Shown: in pieces, positions 18,012 to 26,135 of the stretch
How the letters are laid out: each line of letters begins with the position of its first letter
Numbering within the stretch: the first letter of the stretch is position 1
Source: an uncultured Alphaproteobacteria bacterium
Lineage (GTDB): Bacteria > Pseudomonadota > Alphaproteobacteria > CAIYWZ01
Direction of reading: 5' to 3'
DNA: 52,683 nucleotides
Assembly: GCA_903930075.1 (NCBI GenBank)
Contig: CAIYWZ010000001.1
Location: forward strand, 1 to 52,683
Position numbers and translations under genes: made by a program
The notes under the pieces: generated by a model
Databases searched by the model: none
What the model saw: the letters and a program-made list of their open reading frames with translations, nothing else
What the model was told of the DNA's origin: nothing

Positions 18012-18970
18012 GCGGCCAATCCTCCAGAGGTTGTAATTTTAAGATCAGGGCGCTCTTCCAAACATTTGGGCATACAAAAATCACAGCGATCTTGGAACGA
18101 ACAGCCTTTTGAGAGTTGCCCCAAACTTGGTGGATTTCCAGGGATCGCCACGAGAGATTCTTGAACGTTTTGGTCCATGCGAGGGGTGGAATTTAACAAA
18201 CCTTGTGTATATGGGTGGAATGGATTATAGAAAATATCATTTACATCTCCTTTTTCTACAATTCTTCCTCCGTACATGACATGAACCCTATCACAGATTT
18301 GGGCCACAACGCCTAGGTCATGGGTAATCATAATAATGGCGGTTTTAAAGTCCTTTTTGAGCTCCAGCATTAAATCTAAAATCTGAGCTTGTACGGTTAC
18401 ATCCAATGCTGTTGTTGGTTCATCGGCGATCAGAATATCTGGTTCACATAGCAGAGACATCGCAATCATAACCCTTTGACGCATTCCGCCAGAGAGTTCA
18501 TGTGGATAGGATTTCAGCCGCATTTTGGCTTCTGGTATTTTAACACAATCGAGCATCTCTAGAGATTTTTTTTCTGCGTCACTCCAGGACAGTCCTTTAT
18601 GATAAACCAAAACCTCACTCATCTGTTTAGAAATGGTTAAGTATGGATTTAAAGATGTCATGGGATCTTGGAAAATCATCGAAAGATGATGTCCTCTGAT
18701 TTTATTGAGCTTTTCAAGAGGGAGATTCAGAATCTCTTCACCCTTAAAAAGAGCGCTTCCTGAGGCTCTTCCATTGGAAGCCAAAATTCCCATAATGGAC
18801 ATAAAGACTTGGCTTTTACCCGCTCCAGATTCGCCAACAAAGCCTAAAACTTCGCTTTCAAAAATATCAAAGCTGACATTATGAACAGCTTCTACGGGAC
18901 CATCATTTGTTAAGAATGTTGTTTTTAGGTCAACAACAGAAAGAATAGGGGTTTTCATGTTTTCACTCAT
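17996..18970 (-). CDS. oppD: Oligopeptide ABC transporter ATPase OppD
   Basis: 324 aa. GESGAGKS, LSGGMRQR, ILIADEPTTALD, and a C-terminal Cys cluster. Confidence 0.9.
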   Translation of the reverse strand: MSENMKTPILSVVDLKTTFLTNDGPVEAVHNVSFDIFESEVLGFVGESGAGKSQVFMSIMGILASNGRASGSALFKGEEILNLPLEKLNKIRGHHLSMIFQDPMTSLNPYLTISKQMSEVLVYHKGLSWSDAEKKSLEMLDCVKIPEAKMRLKSYPHELSGGMRQRVMIAMSLLCEPDILIADEPTTALDVTVQAQILDLMLELKKDFKTAIIMITHDLGVVAQICDRVHVMYGGRIVEKGDVNDIFYNPFHPYTQGLLNSTPRMDQNVQESLVAIPGNPPSLGQLSKGCSFQDRCDFCMPKCLEERPDLKITTSGGLAACHLI

Positions 18971-19830
18971 CGATCTTTGGGGTCAAGTGCGTCTCTTAAC
19001 CCATCTCCTATATAATTAAAACAAAATAAAGTTGTGGCCAGAAAAGTTGCTGGGAAAAGAAGTGACCACCACGCTGTTTCCATTTGATCGGCTCCTTCGC
19101 TAATCAGCACTCCCCAACTGGTCATAGGTTCTTGAATACCAAGGCCTAAGAAACTTAAGAATGATTCTAACAGAATCACTTTGGGAACGGTGAGTGTCAA
19201 AAAAACAGCTACAGAACCAAGAGTATTTGGAATAATGTGTTTTCTGATGATTTGCCACTTGGTAAGTCCACCTGCAACAGCGGCTTCCACAAACTCTTTT
19301 CTTTTAAGGGAAAGTGTTTGCCCGCGAACAATTCTTGCCATATCTAGCCATTCTACCGCGCCAATTGCCAAAAAAACAAGATAAATCTTTCGTCCGAAAA
19401 AAACCATGAGCAAAATCACGAAAAACATGAAGGGAAGAGAGTAAAATACATCCACAAATCGCATCATATATGAATCCGTGCGCCCTCCGATAAATCCTGA
19501 AATTGAGCCATAGGTCACGCCAATAATTAAGCTGACTAAACTTGCAACGACAGCTACCATTAAAGAGATGCGTGCGCCATACATTGTTCTAACGAAAAGA
19601 TCTCTTCCAACGGCATCTGTTCCAAAGGGAAATCCTTTTTCAAAGTTTGGAGGTGAGCCGACAAAATCCCAATCAATGCTATCAAACGCATGGGGACTTA
19701 AGAGAGGGCCAAAAATGGAGAGTATTGTAATCATGCTTAAAACAATTAACGCAACAAATGCTGCTCTATTAGAGAATAAACGCTTTCTAGCATCAGCCCA
19801 TAAGCTTCGGCCTTGGGGTATATTTTCCAT
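18967..19830 (-). CDS. oppC: Oligopeptide ABC transporter permease OppC
   Basis: 287 aa BPD-type permease with the OppC N-terminal region. It overlaps the oppD start. Confidence 0.9.
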   Translation of the reverse strand: MENIPQGRSLWADARKRLFSNRAAFVALIVLSMITILSIFGPLLSPHAFDSIDWDFVGSPPNFEKGFPFGTDAVGRDLFVRTMYGARISLMVAVVASLVSLIIGVTYGSISGFIGGRTDSYMMRFVDVFYSLPFMFFVILLMVFFGRKIYLVFLAIGAVEWLDMARIVRGQTLSLKRKEFVEAAVAGGLTKWQIIRKHIIPNTLGSVAVFLTLTVPKVILLESFLSFLGLGIQEPMTSWGVLISEGADQMETAWWSLLFPATFLATTLFCFNYIGDGLRDALDPKDR

Positions 19831-20747
19831 TATTCGTACCTCACTTTTGGATCCAATATTCCATAAAGAATATCTACAATTAAATTGAAAAGGATAATAA
19901 TGATCCCATAAAATACAACAACGCCCATCACAAGTGTATAATCACGATTAAGGGCTCCCAAAACGAAGAATCTTCCAATTCCTGGGATACCAAAAATTTT
20001 CTCAATGACAACAGACCCCGTGATAATTCCTGCAGTTGCTGGCCCTAAATAGGATACAACCGGTAACAGCGCTCCTCTTAGAGCATGACGCGCAAGAATA
20101 ACTCTTTCTGGTAATCCCTTTGCTTTTGCAGTTCTGATATAATTACTGCGTAAAACTTCGATCATGCTTCCTCTGGTGAGTCTTGCAATATATGCAATTT
20201 GTGGAAGGGTTAAGGCGATAATGGGTAAAACCATGTGTTTAAGATCTCCCCATCCTCCAACGGGCAAAAGCCTTAAATAAACACCGATCACAAGACTCAA
20301 AAGAGGCGCCATCACGAAACTTGGTATTGTGATTCCTGTCATGGAAAATCCCATAATGAGGTAATCAACGCGGGTGTTTTGCCGCAATGCCGCAATTGTT
20401 CCCAAGAAAATCCCAATAATCGCTGCTAAAACGATGGCAATACCTCCAATTTTCAAAGAAACAGGAAACCCTTGAAAAATAAGCTCAGAGACTGTGTGAT
20501 CTTTGTATTGAAAAGAGGGCCCAAAGTCGCCTTGCAAAATTCCCCAGAGATAGCGCCCAAATTGTTGATACAACGGCTCATCTAAATGATATACTTTGTT
20601 TAAATTTGCAATAATTTCTTCAGGGAGCTGACGTTCTTGATCAAACGGTCCGCCAGGAGCCATTCGAATCATGAAAAAGGAGATCCCAATAATGACAAAA
20701 AGTGTTGGGATTGCTCCTAAAATTCTATTTAAAATGAGTCTGAGCAA
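19830..20747 (-). CDS. oppB: Oligopeptide ABC transporter permease OppB
   Basis: 305 aa. OppB-type N-terminus LRLILNRILGAIPTLF. TTG start with AGGAG 9 nt upstream. Confidence 0.9.
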   Translation of the reverse strand: MLRLILNRILGAIPTLFVIIGISFFMIRMAPGGPFDQERQLPEEIIANLNKVYHLDEPLYQQFGRYLWGILQGDFGPSFQYKDHTVSELIFQGFPVSLKIGGIAIVLAAIIGIFLGTIAALRQNTRVDYLIMGFSMTGITIPSFVMAPLLSLVIGVYLRLLPVGGWGDLKHMVLPIIALTLPQIAYIARLTRGSMIEVLRSNYIRTAKAKGLPERVILARHALRGALLPVVSYLGPATAGIITGSVVIEKIFGIPGIGRFFVLGALNRDYTLVMGVVVFYGIIIILFNLIVDILYGILDPKVRYE

Positions 20748-20759
20748 ATAACTATTCTC

Positions 20760-22367
20760 CTATTCTTGAAGGTCTATCCATCTGGAAAGATGGTGGTCCA
20801 TTGCGTTGGTTTTATAACCTGAAACTTTTTCTGATACAAGAGAATTTGTGACAAAGTAATAAATAGGAGCAATCACAAAATTAGACATCAGCTCTTTTTC
20901 GGCATTAGCCAAATTTTCTATTCTTTTTTTGCCTGTTGTTTTTGCACTCTCGTCTAAATACAGATCATACTTTGGTGAAAAATGTCCAGGGGTATTTCCA
21001 ATGCCGGTATCAGATCTAAATAGGCTTAAAAAAGCGCTTGGATCTTTATAGTCTGCAATCCATCGTTGCCTGAAGACATCGTATTCTCGTTTTTCTTTGG
21101 ATGCCAAGTATACTTTCCACTCTTTGTTGGTGAGCATGGTCTCGACTCCCAAAACTTTTTTCCACATTCCTGCAACGGCAATGGCAATTTTTTTATTGCT
21201 ATCGTCTGTGTTGAAAACAATCTCGATGGGTGTGGCTTTATTATATCCGACTTCTTTGAAAATATCTTGAGCAATCTTGTTTCTTTGTTCTTGAGTCAAG
21301 CTTTTGCAAGGAACCAATCCGGAGTCGCTTTGGCATTGCATTTCTTGAGGAGCATAGTCTCCTTCAGCTGGGGGAACGAAAGAATAAGCTGGATTTTCAT
21401 CGCCTTTTGTGATTTGTAAAACAATTTTTTCACGGTCGATTGCAAGGGACAAGGCTTGTCGAATCTTGGGGTTATCAAAGGGAACCCTCGTATTGTTAAA
21501 TGCATAATAATATGTTGCATACATGGAATTGGATTTATAATTTGCAGGCATATCTTTTTTGATGATTTCAATTTGTTCAGTGGGAACAGTAAATGTCAGA
21601 TCTAAATCACCCGCCTTAAATCTTTTATATTCAGCTTGACGGTCATCTATTGGATAAAAAATGACACCATCTAATTTTACATTAGCCGCATCCCAATAGG
21701 CTGGGTTTTTTTTCAATTTGACATAAGATTGGGGAGCCCACTCTGAAATGATAAATGCTCCATTGCTAACCATGGATTCTGGGCGCATCCATCTGTCAGG
21801 ATTGCTTTCGATTGTTTTTTGATGTAAAGGAACCATGGATTGATGTGCGACAAGCGTTAAAAGATAAGGTGTTGGCTCATTTAAAGTTACAATAAACTTA
21901 TAATCGCCATCTGATTTGACCCCTAAATCCGTTAGGGGTTTTTCACCTGTAGAAATTTCTTTAGCATTTTGAATGGGATAAAACATATAAGACCAAGTGG
22001 AGGCTGTTTTAGGATCCACAGTGCGTCTCCATGCATACACAAAATCCTCAGCTTTGACGGGGTCACCATTAGACCATTTTGCATTTTCTCTTAAAAAGAA
22101 CGTATAAGTTTTTCCATCTTCGCTGATTTCCCATTTTTCCGCAGCTCCTGGGATAAGTGCTCCATCTGCGGCTGTTGATAATAGACCTTCTAGCTGATCT
22201 AAGATGATTTTGCCTTCTGCTGCACCAGTTGTTTTTTGAGGATCTAAGCTTTGGGGCTCAATGCCATTTCCTCTTTTTAATATTTTTTCAGCCAGAGCTG
22301 TGTCGCAAAGTCCAAAAATGATTTGTGTGCATATAGCTATGCTTGTAAACATTGATTTTTTTAACAT
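20760..22367 (-). CDS. oppA: Periplasmic oligopeptide-binding protein OppA (family 5 SBP), paralog 1
   Basis: 535 aa. Signal peptide followed by the mature EKILKRGNGIEPQSLDP sequence typical of OppA/MppA. Confidence 0.85.
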   Translation of the reverse strand: MLKKSMFTSIAICTQIIFGLCDTALAEKILKRGNGIEPQSLDPQKTTGAAEGKIILDQLEGLLSTAADGALIPGAAEKWEISEDGKTYTFFLRENAKWSNGDPVKAEDFVYAWRRTVDPKTASTWSYMFYPIQNAKEISTGEKPLTDLGVKSDGDYKFIVTLNEPTPYLLTLVAHQSMVPLHQKTIESNPDRWMRPESMVSNGAFIISEWAPQSYVKLKKNPAYWDAANVKLDGVIFYPIDDRQAEYKRFKAGDLDLTFTVPTEQIEIIKKDMPANYKSNSMYATYYYAFNNTRVPFDNPKIRQALSLAIDREKIVLQITKGDENPAYSFVPPAEGDYAPQEMQCQSDSGLVPCKSLTQEQRNKIAQDIFKEVGYNKATPIEIVFNTDDSNKKIAIAVAGMWKKVLGVETMLTNKEWKVYLASKEKREYDVFRQRWIADYKDPSAFLSLFRSDTGIGNTPGHFSPKYDLYLDESAKTTGKKRIENLANAEKELMSNFVIAPIYYFVTNSLVSEKVSGYKTNAMDHHLSRWIDLQE

Positions 22368-22402
22368 TTTAAACCTCTTATCTTAAAAATAAATTCACGA
22401 AA

Positions 22403-24022
22403 CTATTCAGTGATATCGATCCATTTGGAAAGGTGATAGCCCATAGCGCTTCCTTCATAACCGCTTAGAACCTTGTCAGAGACAAGATTATTCTCAACGA
22501 AATAGTAAAGAGGTATAATAGGAAAATCTGACATCATTTGCTTTTCTGCGCCCATCAGATAATCCATTCTTTCTTTCAGGTCTTTTGAAGCCGCTCCTTT
22601 GATCATTAAATCATCATACGCCTTGGAAAAATAACCAGCTGTATTGTCCGCGCCACTGTCAGATTTTAACAAGATCAAAAACGTATTTGGATCGTTGTAA
22701 TCTGCTCTCCAGACTTGTCTATAAAGCTCATAATCTCTTTTTTCTCTGGCGGCAAGGTATACTTTCCATTCCTTATTGGTCAGTTCTGTTTCGACGCCCA
22801 AAACAGATTTCCACATACCCGAAAGGGCAATGGCAATTTTTTTATGGTTCTCATCCGTGTTAAATACTATTCTTATGGGCTCGCCTTGTTTGTATCCGGA
22901 TTCTGCAAAAATCTTTTTAGACAAAGCTTCTCTTTGTGATTGTGTCAAACTTTTGCAAGGAACAAGATCGCTTGTGTCTGATAAACGGCATTGAATTTCT
23001 TGAGGTGTGTAGTCTCCTGGGGCTGGTGGAACCATTGAGTATGCAGGCTTTTCATCTCCTTTGGTCACTTGTTTTACGAGTTTTTCTCTATCTACAGCAA
23101 GAGCTAGAGCTTGACGAACTTTTGGGTTATCAAAAGGAGCCTTTGTATTATTAAAACTGTAATAATAGCTTGAATACATAGGCGTTGACCTGTAATTATT
23201 GGGCATTTGGGCTTTTAATGTTTCAATCTGATCCGCAGGAACCATTCTTGTGATATGGATGTCTCCTGTTTTAAAGCGCTTGAGCTCTGCTTGACGATCA
23301 TCTATTGGGTAAAAAATCACGCCATCTAGTTTCACGCTAGATGCATCCCAATATTTGGGATTCTTTTTAAGCTTAACGTGTAACTGGGGGGACCACTCTT
23401 CCAGGATAAATGCGCCATTGCTGACAAAATTTTCAGGTCTTGTCCATTTATCGCCATGGGTCTCAACAGTTTTTTGGTGTAAGGGGAACATACAAGGGTG
23501 TGACACAAGGGATAAAAAGTAAGGGGTTGGAGCGTTTAATGTTACAACGAGTTTGTATTTTCTATCGGATTTCACACCCAACTCTTCAATTTTTTTTACT
23601 CCTTTGCCAATATCGGCTGCGTTGACAACAGGAGAGATAATAAATGTCCAATTGGAAGCGGTTTTAGGGTCAACCATTCTTCTCCATGCATAGACAAAAT
23701 CATCCGCAGTCACGGGGTCTCCGTTAGACCATTTTGCGCTTTCTCTTAAAAAGAATGTATACGTCTTTCCATCTTCGCTGACTTCCCATTTTTCTGCAAC
23801 GCCTGGGATCATTGTTCCATTAGACGATACGCTTAACAAGCCTTCAGCAAGATCTCCAAGAATATTTGATTCTGGAACGCCCGATGTTTTGTGTGTGTCC
23901 AAGCTTTGAGGTTCTGCGCCGTTGCCACGTTTTAAGATCTTCTCAGCGCAGAGTATTTGAGGGGCATTGACAACAACTTGGGACAAAACAGCTGCCAATA
24001 TAAATATTTTATTGATTTTCAT
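22403..24022 (-). CDS. oppA: Periplasmic oligopeptide-binding protein OppA/MppA-like, paralog 2
   Basis: 539 aa, collinear with paralog 1. It has a signal peptide and the same EKILKRGNGAEPQSLD start of the mature protein. Confidence 0.85.
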   Translation of the reverse strand: MKINKIFILAAVLSQVVVNAPQILCAEKILKRGNGAEPQSLDTHKTSGVPESNILGDLAEGLLSVSSNGTMIPGVAEKWEVSEDGKTYTFFLRESAKWSNGDPVTADDFVYAWRRMVDPKTASNWTFIISPVVNAADIGKGVKKIEELGVKSDRKYKLVVTLNAPTPYFLSLVSHPCMFPLHQKTVETHGDKWTRPENFVSNGAFILEEWSPQLHVKLKKNPKYWDASSVKLDGVIFYPIDDRQAELKRFKTGDIHITRMVPADQIETLKAQMPNNYRSTPMYSSYYYSFNNTKAPFDNPKVRQALALAVDREKLVKQVTKGDEKPAYSMVPPAPGDYTPQEIQCRLSDTSDLVPCKSLTQSQREALSKKIFAESGYKQGEPIRIVFNTDENHKKIAIALSGMWKSVLGVETELTNKEWKVYLAAREKRDYELYRQVWRADYNDPNTFLILLKSDSGADNTAGYFSKAYDDLMIKGAASKDLKERMDYLMGAEKQMMSDFPIIPLYYFVENNLVSDKVLSGYEGSAMGYHLSKWIDITE

Positions 24023-24187
24023 TTTTATTTAACCTTTCGTTAATAAATTTAAGGGCCACTTTTAACTATATCCCAAAAAATCCTCTATGGCTAGAGGGTT
24101 AATCTATTTTTTTGTTTATTTACACTTTATTAACTATTTTGTGATAATAATAAATTTTAAATAGTAACTAAAAATGGGGCATTAATA

Positions 24188-26128
24188 ATGAATGAACTTT
24201 TGTGGGAACCAAGCTCGCAGCGGATAAAGAAAACTCAACTTTTTAAGTTTACCCTTCAAATCAATCAAAAATTTGGGACAAGTATTAAAAATTTTGATGA
24301 CCTTCATCATTTTTCTGTTTCTAACCCGGGTGATTTTTGGAGTGCAGCTTATGATTTTTTTGGTGTGATTGGGTCTAAGGGCGATTTAATTTATAAAGAA
24401 AGCGACAAATTTCATGAAAGTCAGTTCTTTCCAGATGCAACGCTTAATTTTGCTCAAAATCTGCTTGTGGCCTCTGGAGATGAGGAGGCCATTGTTTTTT
24501 GGTCAGAAGACGGTAAGCGTCTTTCTTATACGTTTACTCAAATTAAACGCATGGCTTTGTCTTTTGCCTCGGGTCTTAAAGAACAGGGCCTGCTCCCTGG
24601 AGACCGGGTGGCGGCCTATATCCCAAATATTCCAGAAGCGGCTACATGCATGATGGGAACCGCTGCCATTGGTGCTGTTTGGTCTTCGTGCTCCCCTGAT
24701 TTTGGGGTTGCTGGCGTTTTGGATCGTTTTTCTCAAATCGAACCCAAAGTTTTGGTCACAACGGATGGATATCTTTATGGCGGAAAAGTTTACTCAAACC
24801 TTGAAAAGCTTCCGGGCATTTTGGAAGGACTTCCAACGGTTGAAAAAGTAATTATTATACCTTTTATGAAGATCAAGGCAGAGTTTTTTGACCCGCGAAT
24901 GATTATGCTTGCAGATTTTACAGAGCCTCACGTGCAGAAAGAGTTTATATTCGAAGAATTTCCATTTGATCATCCACTTTATATTCTTTTTTCTTCAGGA
25001 ACGACGGGGAAACCCAAATGTATTGTGCATGCAGCCGGAAGAATTTTGTTGCAGCATTTAAAAGAACATCAGTTGCATATGGATATTCACTCTGGTGACC
25101 GGGTATTTTATTTTACAACCTGTGGATGGATGATGTGGAATTGGCAGGTTTCAGCCCTTGCAACTGGGGCAACATTGGTTCTTTTTGATGGATCACCTTT
25201 AGCGTGTAAAGGGAAGATACTCCTGGATTTAGCCAGATACGAAGCCGTTACCTTTTTTGGAATCTCAGCCAAATATATTAGCGCCATTCATAAAGCAGGG
25301 CTTGAGCCGATTAAAACGCACGAATTTCCAAAGTTGCGCACGATCGCCTCCACCGGATCTCCTTTGTCAGGGGAGAGTTTTGATTATATTTATCATTCTT
25401 TCAAAAATGATGTTCAGCTGGCCTCCATTTCGGGGGGAACGGATCTGGTGGGTTGCTTTGTCTTAGGGAATCCAATTGGCCCTGTATATAAAGGCGAAAT
25501 TCAAGCGCCAGGATTGGGTATGGAGATTGATGTTTTTGATGAACAGGGAAATTCTATTGAGCATGGGAAAGGCGAGCTTGTGTGTAAAAAGCCTTTCATG
25601 TCAAAGCCCCTGAAGTTTTGGAATGATGAAAATAACGAGAAATTCCTTGCCGCATACTTTAAAACCTACCCCAATATTTGGCACCACGGCGATTATATTG
25701 AGCGCACCGTCCATGGTGGGTTTATCATTCATGGCAGGTCAGATACAACACTTAATCCTGGCGGCGTGCGTATCGGAACAGCGGAAATTTATCGTCAGGT
25801 TGAAAAAGTGGAGGAAGTTTTAGAGTCTTTAGTGATCGGTCAAGAATTTGAAGATGATGTCCGTGTGATTCTGTTTGTTAAATTGCGTGAAGGATTTGAT
25901 TTAACCGATGAACTCAAAGCCAAAATCAAACAAAAAATCAAAGAAAACACAACCCCAAGGCATGTTCCTGCAAAAATCATCAAAGCACCCGATATTCCAA
26001 AAACAAAATCTGGAAAAATTACGGAGATTGCCGTTCATGATTTGATTCACGGCAAGAAAATCAACAATACCGAATCCATCGCAAATCCGGAAGTACTGTC
26101 ATTTTATGAGCATTTGGTGATTACATAA
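24188..26128 (+). CDS. aacS: Acetoacetyl-CoA synthetase (acetoacetate-CoA ligase)
   Basis: 646 aa. AMP-binding motif SSGTTGKPKCIV, an AacS-specific N-terminal region (LWEPS...FW), and a C-terminal KTKSGKI. Confidence 0.9.
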   Translation: MNELLWEPSSQRIKKTQLFKFTLQINQKFGTSIKNFDDLHHFSVSNPGDFWSAAYDFFGVIGSKGDLIYKESDKFHESQFFPDATLNFAQNLLVASGDEEAIVFWSEDGKRLSYTFTQIKRMALSFASGLKEQGLLPGDRVAAYIPNIPEAATCMMGTAAIGAVWSSCSPDFGVAGVLDRFSQIEPKVLVTTDGYLYGGKVYSNLEKLPGILEGLPTVEKVIIIPFMKIKAEFFDPRMIMLADFTEPHVQKEFIFEEFPFDHPLYILFSSGTTGKPKCIVHAAGRILLQHLKEHQLHMDIHSGDRVFYFTTCGWMMWNWQVSALATGATLVLFDGSPLACKGKILLDLARYEAVTFFGISAKYISAIHKAGLEPIKTHEFPKLRTIASTGSPLSGESFDYIYHSFKNDVQLASISGGTDLVGCFVLGNPIGPVYKGEIQAPGLGMEIDVFDEQGNSIEHGKGELVCKKPFMSKPLKFWNDENNEKFLAAYFKTYPNIWHHGDYIERTVHGGFIIHGRSDTTLNPGGVRIGTAEIYRQVEKVEEVLESLVIGQEFEDDVRVILFVKLREGFDLTDELKAKIKQKIKENTTPRHVPAKIIKAPDIPKTKSGKITEIAVHDLIHGKKINNTESIANPEVLSFYEHLVIT

Positions 26129-26135
26129 GCCCAGA

